64,000 bases of DNA, taken from positions 8,256 to 72,255 of the forward strand of contig JAVBLC010000007.1 of NCBI GenBank assembly GCA_031553805.1. Reading direction: 5' to 3'. Each line of letters begins with the position of its first letter. The first letter of the stretch is position 1. Shown piece by piece: positions 9,492 through 19,018 of the stretch. Both the position numbers and the translations under genes were made by a program. The notes beneath the pieces are model-generated. The model ran no database searches, was not told where the DNA came from, and saw nothing but the letters and a program-made list of their open reading frames with translations. This stretch comes from Rikenellaceae bacterium. Lineage in GTDB: Bacteria; Bacteroidota; Bacteroidia; Bacteroidales; Rikenellaceae.

Positions 9492-10652
9492 ATGAAAAAT
9501 AGAATTGCCGGTTTTGCCGTCGTTTCGGCCTTTGCCTTGCTCGCCGCCTGCTCGGGCAACGATGTGGCGACGATCAAGGGAACCTTCAGTAGCGTAGACA
9601 AAAAGACAGTCTACCTCGACTATATCACCACCAACGGCATCAGCCCCCAGGACTCGGCCACGACCGATAACAAGGGCCGCTTCCGGATGAAGGTGCCCAT
9701 CGTCACCGGTACCCCGTCGTTCTACAACCTGCGCTACGGCAACTACACGATCCCGCTGTTGCTTTCGCCCGGCGAAAAGGTCGAGGTGCGTTCGCTCGGC
9801 AACCTGTCACGCAACTACCTGGTCGATGGTTCGAACGACTCGCAACTACTCAAGGAGTTGTCGGAACAGATGTTCCACTCGCGGGCCGAACTCGATTCGC
9901 TCCAACAGCTCTATGTGAGCATCGGCGAGAACGACGAAGTAGCCCGCCGCTTCATCATCAGCGAATACAACCGGATCTTTATGCGCCAGAAACGCGAAAT
10001 GATCGCCTTCGTAGTGACCAACCCCAACTCGCTGGCCTCGATCTACGCCCTCTACCAGAAGATGCCCAACGGCGAAAATATCTTTGGCGACCGCAACGAC
10101 TTCCTGTATTACCGGATGGTGTCGGACTCGCTCAACAAGCGTTTCCCGACCTCGCCCCACGTCCTTTCGCTCCGGAAAGATGTCGAGCAGATGGAAAACG
10201 TGATCCGCCTCGAAAACATGGTCGACCAGGCGGCCAACCAGTCCAGCATTTCTTTCCCCGACATTGATCTGCCCGATATGTACGGACAGCGGGTGAAACT
10301 CTCTTCACTCAAAGACAAGGTCATCCTGCTCGATTTCTGGATGGCCCAAAACGCCCAGAGCCGGATGCAGAACGCCGAATTGCTCGAAATCTACCGGAAA
10401 TACGCTTCGAACGGATTTGAGGTCTACCAAGTTTCCCTCGACGAGTCGAAGCCGACGTGGATTACCACGGTACAGGACCAACGGCTGCCGTGGATCAGCG
10501 TGTGCGACTTCAACGGGGTGAGATCGCCCGCCGCCCGGGCTTACGGGATCACCTCACTCCCGGCCAACGTGCTGATCGACCGCGAAGGCCGGATCATCGC
10601 CCGCAACATCTCCCTCGATCGCCTCGAGGAACGCCTGAAGGCACTGTTTTAA
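9492..10652 (+). CDS. Thioredoxin-fold (TlpA/ResA-like) lipoprotein with DUF4369-like N-domain, lacking the CxxC motif
   Basis: Lipoprotein signal ..ALLAACSG. The C-terminal 140 aa align by eye with TlpA-like proteins (ILLDFW...LPANVLIDREGRIIARN). The expected WCGPC is replaced by AQNAQS. Confidence 0.7.
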   Translation: MKNRIAGFAVVSAFALLAACSGNDVATIKGTFSSVDKKTVYLDYITTNGISPQDSATTDNKGRFRMKVPIVTGTPSFYNLRYGNYTIPLLLSPGEKVEVRSLGNLSRNYLVDGSNDSQLLKELSEQMFHSRAELDSLQQLYVSIGENDEVARRFIISEYNRIFMRQKREMIAFVVTNPNSLASIYALYQKMPNGENIFGDRNDFLYYRMVSDSLNKRFPTSPHVLSLRKDVEQMENVIRLENMVDQAANQSSISFPDIDLPDMYGQRVKLSSLKDKVILLDFWMAQNAQSRMQNAELLEIYRKYASNGFEVYQVSLDESKPTWITTVQDQRLPWISVCDFNGVRSPAARAYGITSLPANVLIDREGRIIARNISLDRLEERLKALF

Positions 10653-10687
10653 ACAGCGGATGCACCGGTCCGCACCACACCGCTAAG

Positions 10688-11422
10688 ATGGCTTATTACT
10701 TTGCATCCGACGTCCATCTGGGGCTTGCCGCCGGCAACGATCCCGCGGAACGCGAACGGCGTTTCGTCGTCTGGTTGCAAACGGTTGAAGCCGATGCCGA
10801 AGGGGTTTTCCTGGCGGGCGACATCTTCGATTTCTGGTTTGAATACCGGCGCGTGGCCTCCAAAGGATTTTCGGCCGTATTCGCCCAACTGGCACGAATG
10901 ACGGCGGGGGGCATTCCCGTTCATTTCTTCCCCGGCAACCACGATATGTGGACACGAGATTTCTTCCGGCGCGAGTGCGGCATGACCGTCCACGGCGACG
11001 GCGATTTATTTGAATTGGCCGGCAAACACGTTTACGTGGCCCACGGCGACCGTCCCGAAGATTATTTCCTCTCGATTATTTACTACGCTTTCCGTTCGCG
11101 GTTCCTGCGGGGCGTGTTCGAAACGTTCGTGCACCCCGACCTGGCCACGTGGTTCGGACAGCGGTGGTCGGGACACAGCCGCGCGACGGGCGCCGCCCAC
11201 CACACTTTTGGCGGCGAAGCGGAACACACCGTGCAATTTGCCCGCAAAATCCTGAAAAATACGGCGGTCGACTATTTTGTTTTCGGCCACCTGCATACCC
11301 CGGCCACTTATGCGCTGACGCCGACGACGACCCTCTTCGTGCTGGGCGACTGGATCGGGGCGGTGCCGGTCTACGGCCGTTTAGCCCTCGACGGAACTTT
11401 TTCGTTGGTGGAATACCGCTAA
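10688..11422 (+). CDS. lpxH: UDP-2,3-diacylglucosamine diphosphatase
   Basis: Track ORF 10457-11422 trimmed to ATG 10688 (MAYYFASDVHLG). Metallophosphoesterase motifs SDVHLG, GDIFDFW and GNHDMW. Confidence 0.8.
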   Translation: MAYYFASDVHLGLAAGNDPAERERRFVVWLQTVEADAEGVFLAGDIFDFWFEYRRVASKGFSAVFAQLARMTAGGIPVHFFPGNHDMWTRDFFRRECGMTVHGDGDLFELAGKHVYVAHGDRPEDYFLSIIYYAFRSRFLRGVFETFVHPDLATWFGQRWSGHSRATGAAHHTFGGEAEHTVQFARKILKNTAVDYFVFGHLHTPATYALTPTTTLFVLGDWIGAVPVYGRLALDGTFSLVEYR

Positions 11423-11435
11423 AACCGATCATTTG

Positions 11436-11846
11436 ATGGAAGAACTTTTATTGCGGGAGGCCGCCATAGCACCCGATGACAACGTGCTGGCCCAAACACT
11501 CGGAACGACCTACGGAACCTATCGAGAATTGATGGAGCGGCTCACTGCCGACGGACTCACCGCCGACTGGAAGTTCTACAACGACGGCAAAGCGTGGCTC
11601 TGCAAAATATCAAACAAGAAAAAGACAGTCGCCTGGGGCGCGGTCTTCGGGCAAGGTTTTCGGCTAACCTTTTATTTTACAGAAAAGACGCTGCCGGGTG
11701 TGCTCGAATTGGGGGTCGACCTGGATGATGATTTCCGTTGCGAAGAAGCCTTAGGCAAGTTGATTCCCGTGATTGTCTACGTCGATCTGGATAAAAAACT
11801 CGATGCGATCAAAAAAGTCATCGACTACAAAAAATCGTTGAAATAA
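11436..11846 (+). CDS. Small conserved hypothetical protein (DUF3788-like)
   Basis: 136 aa from ATG 11436 (the track starts at TTG 11433). Coding-like composition. Resemblance to DUF3788 (KAWLCKISNKKKTVAWG..FRLTFYF) is from memory only. Confidence 0.55.
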   Translation: MEELLLREAAIAPDDNVLAQTLGTTYGTYRELMERLTADGLTADWKFYNDGKAWLCKISNKKKTVAWGAVFGQGFRLTFYFTEKTLPGVLELGVDLDDDFRCEEALGKLIPVIVYVDLDKKLDAIKKVIDYKKSLK

Positions 11847-11982
11847 CACGCCTTGTGTGGAAAATAAAACCCGATCGTTTGAAAAATAACGATTGGGTTT
11901 CGTAATTTCTTGGGGAAATATTTGCGTTTTCCCGGCGAATTATAATATCTTGCGTTCCGCTTACTACCAATACACAAACACA

Positions 11983-12552
11983 ATGACACAAGAGATCGGA
12001 ACCAAGATCAAGAATTTGCGGGAGAGCGCAGCCATGGCCCCCGAGGAATTGGCCCAGCGCGCCAATATATCGGCAGAACAGCTCAAGCGGATCGAACAAA
12101 GTCAGGTAACGCCGACGATGGCGGTAATGTCGCGCGTGGCGCGGGTACTGGGCGTACGCCTGGGCACACTGCTCGACGGCGAGGAACACGCCGGCCCGGT
12201 CGTGTGCCGCCACCGCGACGAAGCACAGACCGTGCGCGTCACCGGCCAGGAGGCCGACCCGAAAGGCCATCTTAACTTCTTCGCCCTGGCCGAAGGTAAG
12301 AAAGACCGACATATGGAGCCGCTGATCGTCGACGTCGCCGCCGCTACGAGCGACGTCGCCCCGATGTCGCACCACGAGGGCGAAGAGTTCCTCTACGTGC
12401 TCTCGGGCAAAGTGCGGATCGAGTACGCCACCGAAGTCTATGAATTGGGCGTGGGTGACAGCATCTATTATGACTCGATCGTGCCTCACCATGTGTCGGC
12501 CGTCGAGGGTGAAAGCGCACGCGTGCTGGCTGTGTTGTATGCCCCGATGTAA
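11983..12552 (+). CDS. XRE-family HTH plus cupin-domain transcriptional regulator
   Basis: Trimmed to ATG 11983. N-terminal HTH (IGTKIKNLRESAAMAPEELAQRANISAEQLKRIE) and a C-terminal cupin (HHEGEEFLYVLSGKVRIEY..GDSIYYDS..PH). Confidence 0.8.
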   Translation: MTQEIGTKIKNLRESAAMAPEELAQRANISAEQLKRIEQSQVTPTMAVMSRVARVLGVRLGTLLDGEEHAGPVVCRHRDEAQTVRVTGQEADPKGHLNFFALAEGKKDRHMEPLIVDVAAATSDVAPMSHHEGEEFLYVLSGKVRIEYATEVYELGVGDSIYYDSIVPHHVSAVEGESARVLAVLYAPM

Positions 12553-12586
12553 CGGTTGGGGGTCGTAGTTTTTCAAAAAGATTTCA

Positions 12587-12796
12587 ATGGAATTTACCAA
12601 CCTGCGCTTTTTCCGCCCCGCCTCCTGTGGAGTCGACGGCGGGCTCCGGCTGGTGAATGTGACCATAGCTCATAACTTTTAACGATTCCCTATGGAATTT
12701 ACCAACCTGCGCTTTCTCCGCCCCGCCTCCTGCGGAGTCGACGACAGGCTCCGGTTGGTGAATGTGACCATAATTCATAACCTTTAACGATTCCCT
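12587..12796 (+). repeat. Tandem direct repeat, 2 x 105 bp, immediately upstream of the acyl-CoA ligase start
   Basis: The copies at 12587-12691 and 12692-12796 differ at 8 positions by my count. Each begins ATGGAATT, exactly as the CDS at 12797 does, and each carries a 31-codon ORF (12587-12682, 12692-12787). Confidence 0.9.
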
Positions 12797-14449
12797 ATGG
12801 AATTCCTCGAAAAAACCCTCGGGCAGATGCTCGAGCATTATGCCGCCGCACAGCCCGACCACGATTTCATGGTCTACTCCGACCGCGGCCTGCGCTTCAC
12901 CTACGACGAGTTTAACCGTCGCGTCGACGATTTTGCCAAAGGACTGCTCGCCCTCGGCGTCAAGAAAGACGACAAGGTGGGCATTTGGGCCAAGAACGTG
13001 CCCGACTGGCTGACGATCCTCTTCGCCACGGCCAAGGTGGGTGGGGTGCTGGTGACGATCAACACCAACTACAAGACCCACGAGCTGGAGTACCTGCTCA
13101 AGGATTCGGATATACACACCCTGTGCCTGGTGAACGGCTACCGCGACAGCGACTACGTGCAGATGGTCTACGACCTGGTGCCCGAGTTGAAAACCACACA
13201 GCGGGGACACCTGCACAGTGAAAAATTCCCGGCGCTGCGCAACGTCGTTTACATCGGCCAGGAAAAACAGCGCGGGATGTACACCACCGCAGAACTGAAC
13301 ACCATCGGCCGGTACACCGATCCCAAGTTGCTCGACGAGGCCCAGGCCAACACCAGTTGCCACGATGTGGTCAACATTCAATACACCTCGGGGACGACCG
13401 GTTTCCCGAAAGGCGTGATGCTTTCGCACTACAACATCCTAAACAACGGGCTGGCCACGGGCGACTGTATGGCTTTCACCCCGGCCGACAAGGTACTGAC
13501 CACCGTGCCGCTGTTCCACTGTTTCGGATGTGTGCTCTCGCTTTGCGCCGTGATCACCCACGGGTCGACGATGGTGATAGTCGAGGATTTCGACCCGCTG
13601 AAAGTGCTGGCTTCGATCCACAAGGAACGTTGCACCGCCCTCTACGGCGTGCCGACGATGTTCATCGCTGAACTCAACCACCCGATGTTCGATATGTTCG
13701 ACCTCTCGTCGCTCCGCACCGGCATCATGGCAGGCGCCCCCTGCCCCATCGAAACGATGAAGCAGGTGATGGAGAGGATGTATTGCAAAGACCTGATCAT
13801 CGTCTACGGCCTCACCGAAACCTCGCCCGGGATGACCGCCACCCGCATGACCGACTCGCCCGAGATCCGTGCCACTACCGTCGGCCGCGCCTATCCCGGC
13901 GTCGAGGTGCGGATCCTTGATCCCGAAACACACCAGGAATGCCCCCCCGGCACCGTAGGCGAATTCTGCTGCCGCGGCTACAACGTGATGAAAGGCTATT
14001 ACAAAAAACCGAAGGAAACCGCCGAAGTCATCGACAAAAACGGATTCCTCCACTCGGGCGACCTCGGCGTCATGGACGAACAAGGCTATTTCCGCGTTAC
14101 CGGGCGTATCAAAGAAATGATCATCCGCGGCGGCGAAAACGTCTACCCCCGCGAAATCGAAAACTTCCTCTACGAAATGCCCCAAATCGAAGCGATCGAA
14201 GTAGCCGGGCTGCCCAGTCCCAAATACGGAGAACAGGTAGCTGCCTACATCCGCGTCAAAAAAGGCATGACACTCACCGAAGAAGAAGTCACACTCTACT
14301 GCCGCGGACAGATCTCACGATATAAAATCCCGAAGTATATCTTCTTCGTCGAAGAATTCCCCATGACAGCCAGCGGCAAAATCCAAAAATACAAACTCAA
14401 AGAAACCGGCCTCAAAACCCTCGCCGCCCGAGGTATCGCCGTCGAATAA
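12797..14449 (+). CDS. AMP-forming acyl-CoA synthetase/ligase (FadD-like)
   Basis: 550 aa. Adenylate-forming motifs [58 protein letters not shown] and SGKIQKYKL. Confidence 0.9.
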   Translation: MEFLEKTLGQMLEHYAAAQPDHDFMVYSDRGLRFTYDEFNRRVDDFAKGLLALGVKKDDKVGIWAKNVPDWLTILFATAKVGGVLVTINTNYKTHELEYLLKDSDIHTLCLVNGYRDSDYVQMVYDLVPELKTTQRGHLHSEKFPALRNVVYIGQEKQRGMYTTAELNTIGRYTDPKLLDEAQANTSCHDVVNIQYTSGTTGFPKGVMLSHYNILNNGLATGDCMAFTPADKVLTTVPLFHCFGCVLSLCAVITHGSTMVIVEDFDPLKVLASIHKERCTALYGVPTMFIAELNHPMFDMFDLSSLRTGIMAGAPCPIETMKQVMERMYCKDLIIVYGLTETSPGMTATRMTDSPEIRATTVGRAYPGVEVRILDPETHQECPPGTVGEFCCRGYNVMKGYYKKPKETAEVIDKNGFLHSGDLGVMDEQGYFRVTGRIKEMIIRGGENVYPREIENFLYEMPQIEAIEVAGLPSPKYGEQVAAYIRVKKGMTLTEEEVTLYCRGQISRYKIPKYIFFVEEFPMTASGKIQKYKLKETGLKTLAARGIAVE

Positions 14450-14471
14450 CCCACCCGCCGCTCGGAGGATA

Positions 14472-14768
14472 AGGTGTTGAATCCGGCTCTGACTGGCACT
14501 TTTTGTAAAAAGTGCCTCAAAAACTTTACTGGAAAGCTATGCTTTCCTTGACTTACTTTACTCAGCCTTAAAAAAGGTTTTTAGAAAGAAGAAGACCATT
14601 TTCCTGCGTAGCGATCGTGATTCCGATCCGTTTACAGGAAAATGGTCTTCTTCTTTCTAAAAACCTTTACTAAAACTAAGCAAGGGGGCAGGGGAAACGA
14701 AATTTCCCAGAAAAATTTTTGGTGCCGCTTTTTATAAAAAGCGGCAGTCGAAGCAAGGTTCAACACCT
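14472..14768. repeat. Quasi-palindromic array of five hairpins between convergent genes
   Basis: H1 14495-14516 (ggcactttttgtaaaaagtgcc); H2 14531-14547 (ggaaagc-tat-gctttcc); H3 perfect 34-bp arms 14573-14606 / 14635-14668 with a 28-nt loop; H4 14692-14708; H5 14723-14746 (tgccgctttttataaaaagcggca). Outer 10-bp inverted repeat 14472-14481 / 14759-14768. Confidence 0.9.
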
Positions 14769-14789
14769 CGCCTCTGGGCAACGAGCAGG

Positions 14790-15692
14790 TTACTCGGTGT
14801 GGGCCAGGGGGTGGTTTGTGGCGACGCTTTCGTGGAGGTATTCTTTGTTGAGGTGGGTGTAGATTTCGGTGGTAAGGATTGATTCGTGGCCTAGCATTTC
14901 CTGGACGACGCGAATGTCGGCTCCGCCTTGGATGAGGTGTGTGGCGAAGGAGTGGCGAAAGGTGTGTGGGCTGACGTTTTTGTTGATTCCGGCGTCGGCT
15001 ACGGAGCGTTTGATAATCATGAAGATCATTACTCGGGACAGGGGACGTCCTTTATTGTTAAGAAACAGAAAGTCTTTGTATTTGCTTTCAACGGTTTTTG
15101 AGCGTCGTTGTTCGAGGTATAGCCGGATAGCGCGGACGGCTTCACCGCTGACGGGGACGAGCCGTTGTTTGTCGCCTTTGCCGGTAACACGCATATAGCC
15201 GTCGTCGAAGAAGAGGTCGGAAAGTTGGAGGTTGACCGCTTCGCTCACGCGCAGGCCACAACTGTAGAGGGTTTCGATGATGGCGCGGTTGCGATGGCCT
15301 TGCGGCTGGCTCAGGTCGATGCCTTCAAGCACGGCGATAATCTCTTCGGTCGAGAGCACGTCGGGCAGTTTGCGTTTGGTCTTGGGGCTCTGGATGAGTT
15401 CGGTCGGCCGAACCTCGATCTTGTCGTTGATCAGCAGAAAATTATAAAAACTCTTGATGCCGCTGAGCGTACGGGCCTGGGTGGTGCGATTGACTTTCTG
15501 GTCGTAGAGGTTGGCGAGAAACTCTTCGATGTGGTGCATCGTCACCTCTTCGGGCGGGATGCCGTAGCGGCTCTCGATGAACGCAGCCAGGCGCTTCAGG
15601 TCGCGAAAATAGGCTTCGAGGGTATTCGAAGATAGGTTTTTCTCCAACTTGATGTAGGCGCGGTAATCTTCGAAATAATCTTCCCAGGACAT
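14790..15692 (-). CDS. xerD: Site-specific tyrosine recombinase XerD
   Basis: 300 aa. N-terminal SAM-like domain and catalytic region RHSFATHLIQGGADIRVVQEMLGHESILTTEIYTH. Confidence 0.85.
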   Translation of the reverse strand: MSWEDYFEDYRAYIKLEKNLSSNTLEAYFRDLKRLAAFIESRYGIPPEEVTMHHIEEFLANLYDQKVNRTTQARTLSGIKSFYNFLLINDKIEVRPTELIQSPKTKRKLPDVLSTEEIIAVLEGIDLSQPQGHRNRAIIETLYSCGLRVSEAVNLQLSDLFFDDGYMRVTGKGDKQRLVPVSGEAVRAIRLYLEQRRSKTVESKYKDFLFLNNKGRPLSRVMIFMIIKRSVADAGINKNVSPHTFRHSFATHLIQGGADIRVVQEMLGHESILTTEIYTHLNKEYLHESVATNHPLAHTE

Positions 15693-15732
15693 CTTTTACT
15701 CTAATATTATGTAAAGTTACAACGAAAAAAAT

Positions 15733-15740
15733 TATCTTTG
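15733..15740 (+). promoter_or_regulatory. Candidate -7 box TATCTTTG for the peptidase gene
   Basis: TAnnTTTG match 30 nt upstream of the ATG at 15770. Confidence 0.4.
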
Positions 15741-15769
15741 TTTCTGTGAACCGTTAAAAACCGGGAATA

Positions 15770-17128
15770 ATGAGGAAATACACAAAAAAGCTTCTTTTAT
15801 TACTTTTTTCGACTTTTTTGCTATTGGGAAGCGTCTCATCCGGGGCGATGGCACAGCTTCCGCGGGGCACCGGACAAACCCCGACGCTGGTTGCCGCGCA
15901 ATCGCTCGGCCAGCGGTTACAGTCGCTCGACGGGGTGGTTTCTGCCCAGCAGATAGAGAAGGGGGCTTACAACGAGAAATGGGTGGTGATGATCACCCAG
16001 CCTATCGACTACCGGCACCCTGAGCAGGGAACTTTCTCACAACGGTTTACGGTGTGTCACGCGGGTTTCGACCGGCCGACGGTGATGGTCACCGAGGGTT
16101 ACCAGGCGGCTTACGCCCAGCGCCCGGGTTGGGCTGATGAACTTTCCAAGATATTCAATACCAACGTGGTGGTGGTGGAACACCGTTATTTCGACGCCTC
16201 AACCCCCGACCCGATCGACTGGCAATATCTGACGGTCGAAAACGCAATGTATGACCTGCACCGGATCAACGGACGGATGAAGACTGTCTATCCCGGCAAA
16301 TGGATCTCGACCGGCATCAGCAAGGGAGGCAGCACGACGATCATGTACCGCGCGTGGTTCCCCGGTGACGTCGACATTTCGGTGCCTTACGTAGGCCCAA
16401 TCAATTTTTCGGTGGAAGACGGCCGGCACGAGCCATTTTTGGAGACTGTCGGCACACCGGCTGAACGCAAGGCTGTGCTCGATTTCCAAACCGAAGTACT
16501 GAAACGCCGCGCAGCGCTGATGCCGATGTTCAAGGGCTATTGCGACGAAAAAGGTTATGTGTTCCGTGTGCCGCTCGATGAGATTTACGACCTGTGCGTG
16601 CTTGAATATTCTTTCTCGCACTGGCAGTGGGGCACCGCGATCGAAAAAGTTCCGCCGGTGACGGCTTCCGATAAAGACCTGTTCGACTATTTCATCACGT
16701 CGGTCGATCCCGACTATTTTGCCATGGGCGGGCCGCACGTTTCGTTCTATGTGCAGGCCTCGCGCGAGTTCGGCTATTATGGCTACGATACGAAACCATT
16801 CAAAGGGTTGCTGGCCCGTGATTCAGAAGTGGATTACCTCAACCGGGTGATGCTGCCGGCCGACGTACCGGTCGAAAAGTTCGACGCGCGGGCGATGAAA
16901 TTCGTCCGGAAATACCTGCTGAAGAACGACCCGAAGATGATCTTCATCTACGGCGGGGTTGACCCGTGGACGGCGTCGGGCATCACCGACCCCAAATATT
17001 TCAAGGGCAAGCAGAACATGATGCTCGTCATCCAGCCCGGCGGCAGCCACCGCACCCGCATCAACACGCTGCCCGAGGCCGAGAAGAAAGAAGTTATCGA
17101 AACGATCACCCGCTGGCTGGCCGAATAA
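15770..17128 (+). CDS. Secreted alpha/beta-hydrolase serine peptidase (S28/S37-like)
   Basis: 452 aa with a signal peptide. GxSxG-like nucleophile elbow in WISTGISKGGSTT. Family assignment is from memory of similar Bacteroidota proteins. Confidence 0.55.
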   Translation: MRKYTKKLLLLLFSTFLLLGSVSSGAMAQLPRGTGQTPTLVAAQSLGQRLQSLDGVVSAQQIEKGAYNEKWVVMITQPIDYRHPEQGTFSQRFTVCHAGFDRPTVMVTEGYQAAYAQRPGWADELSKIFNTNVVVVEHRYFDASTPDPIDWQYLTVENAMYDLHRINGRMKTVYPGKWISTGISKGGSTTIMYRAWFPGDVDISVPYVGPINFSVEDGRHEPFLETVGTPAERKAVLDFQTEVLKRRAALMPMFKGYCDEKGYVFRVPLDEIYDLCVLEYSFSHWQWGTAIEKVPPVTASDKDLFDYFITSVDPDYFAMGGPHVSFYVQASREFGYYGYDTKPFKGLLARDSEVDYLNRVMLPADVPVEKFDARAMKFVRKYLLKNDPKMIFIYGGVDPWTASGITDPKYFKGKQNMMLVIQPGGSHRTRINTLPEAEKKEVIETITRWLAE

Positions 17129-17964
17129 TGGTTTACTACGAATATACGCTGGTTTTCCCGCAGGACGCTTCTGAAACGGCGTTCGAAATTGCCACGGCCG
17201 AGCTGGCCGAGTTGGGATTCGACAGTTTTTCGGAAGAGGCCAATGAGTTGCACGCCTACATTCCGGAATCGGAATACCTCCTCTTCGAACAAGCGATTAC
17301 AGACTACCTCAACGAAGCAAGGCATCCGTACACCGCCCGGAAGATCGCCGACGACACGAATTGGAACAGCGCCTGGGAATCGAATTTCTCACCGGTCGAG
17401 GTCGACAGCCGTTGCCGGGTACGGGCCACGTTCCACGAACCGCAACCGGGGGTGGAACACGAGATCGTGATTACCCCGAAAATGTCGTTCGGCACGGGCC
17501 ACCACGCTACGACCCACCTGATGCTCAGCGCTATGCTCGACCGTTCGTTTGCCGGGCAGGCGGGGCTCGATATGGGGTCGGGCACAGGGGTGCTGGCCAT
17601 CCTCGCCGCACGCCTCGGCGCCGCGCACGTCGATGCGGTCGACGTCGACGAATGGGCGTTTGAGAACAGCATCGAAAATTTTCAGCAGAACGGCGTCAGC
17701 GGGCGCGTCACCCCCATCCTGGGCGATGCGGCAGCGATCGTCGGGAAACGTTACGATTTCATCCTGGCCAACATCAACCGCAACATTTTGCTGCATGACA
17801 TGGCGGCTTACGCGGCCTGCCTCAATCCCGGCGGCACGCTCTTTATGAGCGGTTTCCTGGAGGTCGATATTCCGGCCATCGTAAACAAGGCCGAACCGTT
17901 GGGGTTGCACAAAGAGCGACAAAATCTCCGCGAAGGTTGGGCGATGGTTGTTTGCAAAAAATAG
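17128..17964 (+). CDS. prmA: Ribosomal protein L11 methyltransferase
   Basis: Trimmed to ATG 17128, which overlaps the preceding stop as TAATG. Motifs FGTGHHATT and the SAM-binding DMGSGTGVLAI. Confidence 0.85.
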   Translation: MVYYEYTLVFPQDASETAFEIATAELAELGFDSFSEEANELHAYIPESEYLLFEQAITDYLNEARHPYTARKIADDTNWNSAWESNFSPVEVDSRCRVRATFHEPQPGVEHEIVITPKMSFGTGHHATTHLMLSAMLDRSFAGQAGLDMGSGTGVLAILAARLGAAHVDAVDVDEWAFENSIENFQQNGVSGRVTPILGDAAAIVGKRYDFILANINRNILLHDMAAYAACLNPGGTLFMSGFLEVDIPAIVNKAEPLGLHKERQNLREGWAMVVCKK

Positions 17965-17979
17965 CCTGTCACGGGGCGT

Positions 17980-18018
17980 AAAGCAGTACGGCGGGCCGAT
18001 GGCCCGCCGTACTGCTTT
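17980..18018. terminator. Bidirectional terminator hairpin between prmA and the ABC permease
   Basis: Perfect 18-bp stem aaagcagtacggcgggcc / ggcccgccgtactgcttt with a 3-nt loop, flanked by A/T runs. Confidence 0.7.
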
Positions 18019-18031
18019 TATCTCAATGTCA

Positions 18032-19012
18032 TTACTCTTTTTTGCGTCCGGCCTTTTCAATAATTACGGCCAAGAGGATCACCAGGCCCTTGATCACCTG
18101 TTGCCAGAACGGCGACACGTTGAGCAGTACGAGCCCATTGTTGAGCACACCGATGATCAGCGCCCCGATCACCGTGCCGATGATCGACCCTTTGCCGCCG
18201 TTGAGCGAGGTACCGCCGATCACCACCGCGGCGATCGAGTCGAGTTCGTAGCCCATCCCGGCATTGGGCTGCGCCGAATCGAGGCGGGCCGTTACCAAAA
18301 TCCCCGCCACGGCCGAAAGCACCCCGGCCAGCGTGTAAACCACCATCTTCACCCGGCGGACGTTGACCCCCGACAGGCGCGTCGCTTTCTCGTTCCCGCC
18401 CACGGCGTAGATATAACGCCCAGTCTTGGTCTTACGCACGAAGAACGTAAAGAGCGCGATCACCCCGATCGACACCCACACCGGCATCGGGATGCCGAGC
18501 CACCAGCCCGTGCCGACGAACGCGAACGTTTCGCCCAGTCCCGTAATCGGAAAACCGCCCGTATAGAGCATCGTAAAGCCGCGAGCCATCGTCAGCATCG
18601 CCAGCGTAGCGACGAACGGAGGTACCTTGAACCGGGTGACCATCAACCCGTTGAACCACCCTAACGCGCCGCCGACGATCAGCGCGGCGAGCACCACACC
18701 GAAGAAGGTGAAGCCGATAAACGTGTCGATCCCGGTGATCCCGATCCCCCACTTCATCAGCCCGGCGGCTATGGCCCCGCTGAAGGCAAGGACCGAACCG
18801 ACCGACAGGTCGATCCCGCCGGTGAGGATCACCAGCGTCATCCCGACCGAGATACAGAGGTTTACGGAAACCTGCCGCATGACGTTGAACAGGTTATCGG
18901 CCGTCGCGAATTTATCGGAAAGCAGGGTCATCGCCAACACCATCAGCGCCAGGGCGAAGAGATGTTGCAGGAACGATGTGTTGAGTTTGGGCTTTAATGC
19001 AATTGGGGCCAT
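18032..19012 (-). CDS. Rbs-type sugar ABC transporter permease
   Basis: 326 aa, multi-pass membrane protein resembling RbsC/AraH (GGIDLSVGS, TRLSGVNV). Confidence 0.85.
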   Translation of the reverse strand: MAPIALKPKLNTSFLQHLFALALMVLAMTLLSDKFATADNLFNVMRQVSVNLCISVGMTLVILTGGIDLSVGSVLAFSGAIAAGLMKWGIGITGIDTFIGFTFFGVVLAALIVGGALGWFNGLMVTRFKVPPFVATLAMLTMARGFTMLYTGGFPITGLGETFAFVGTGWWLGIPMPVWVSIGVIALFTFFVRKTKTGRYIYAVGGNEKATRLSGVNVRRVKMVVYTLAGVLSAVAGILVTARLDSAQPNAGMGYELDSIAAVVIGGTSLNGGKGSIIGTVIGALIIGVLNNGLVLLNVSPFWQQVIKGLVILLAVIIEKAGRKKE

Positions 19013-19018
19013 CGGTCG

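Noticed and set aside
12587-12796. Possible CRISPR-like or minisatellite array
   Set aside because: There are only two units, directly adjacent with no spacers. The unit length is 105 bp and no cas genes are present. It is a tandem duplication of the gene's 5' region, not a CRISPR array.
14790-15692. Tyrosine recombinase as a marker of an integrated mobile element
   Set aside because: Its length (300 aa) and its motifs fit chromosomal XerD. Neighbouring genes are housekeeping and no excisionase, transfer, phage or cargo genes are present. The adjacent palindromic array is reported separately without claiming a functional link.
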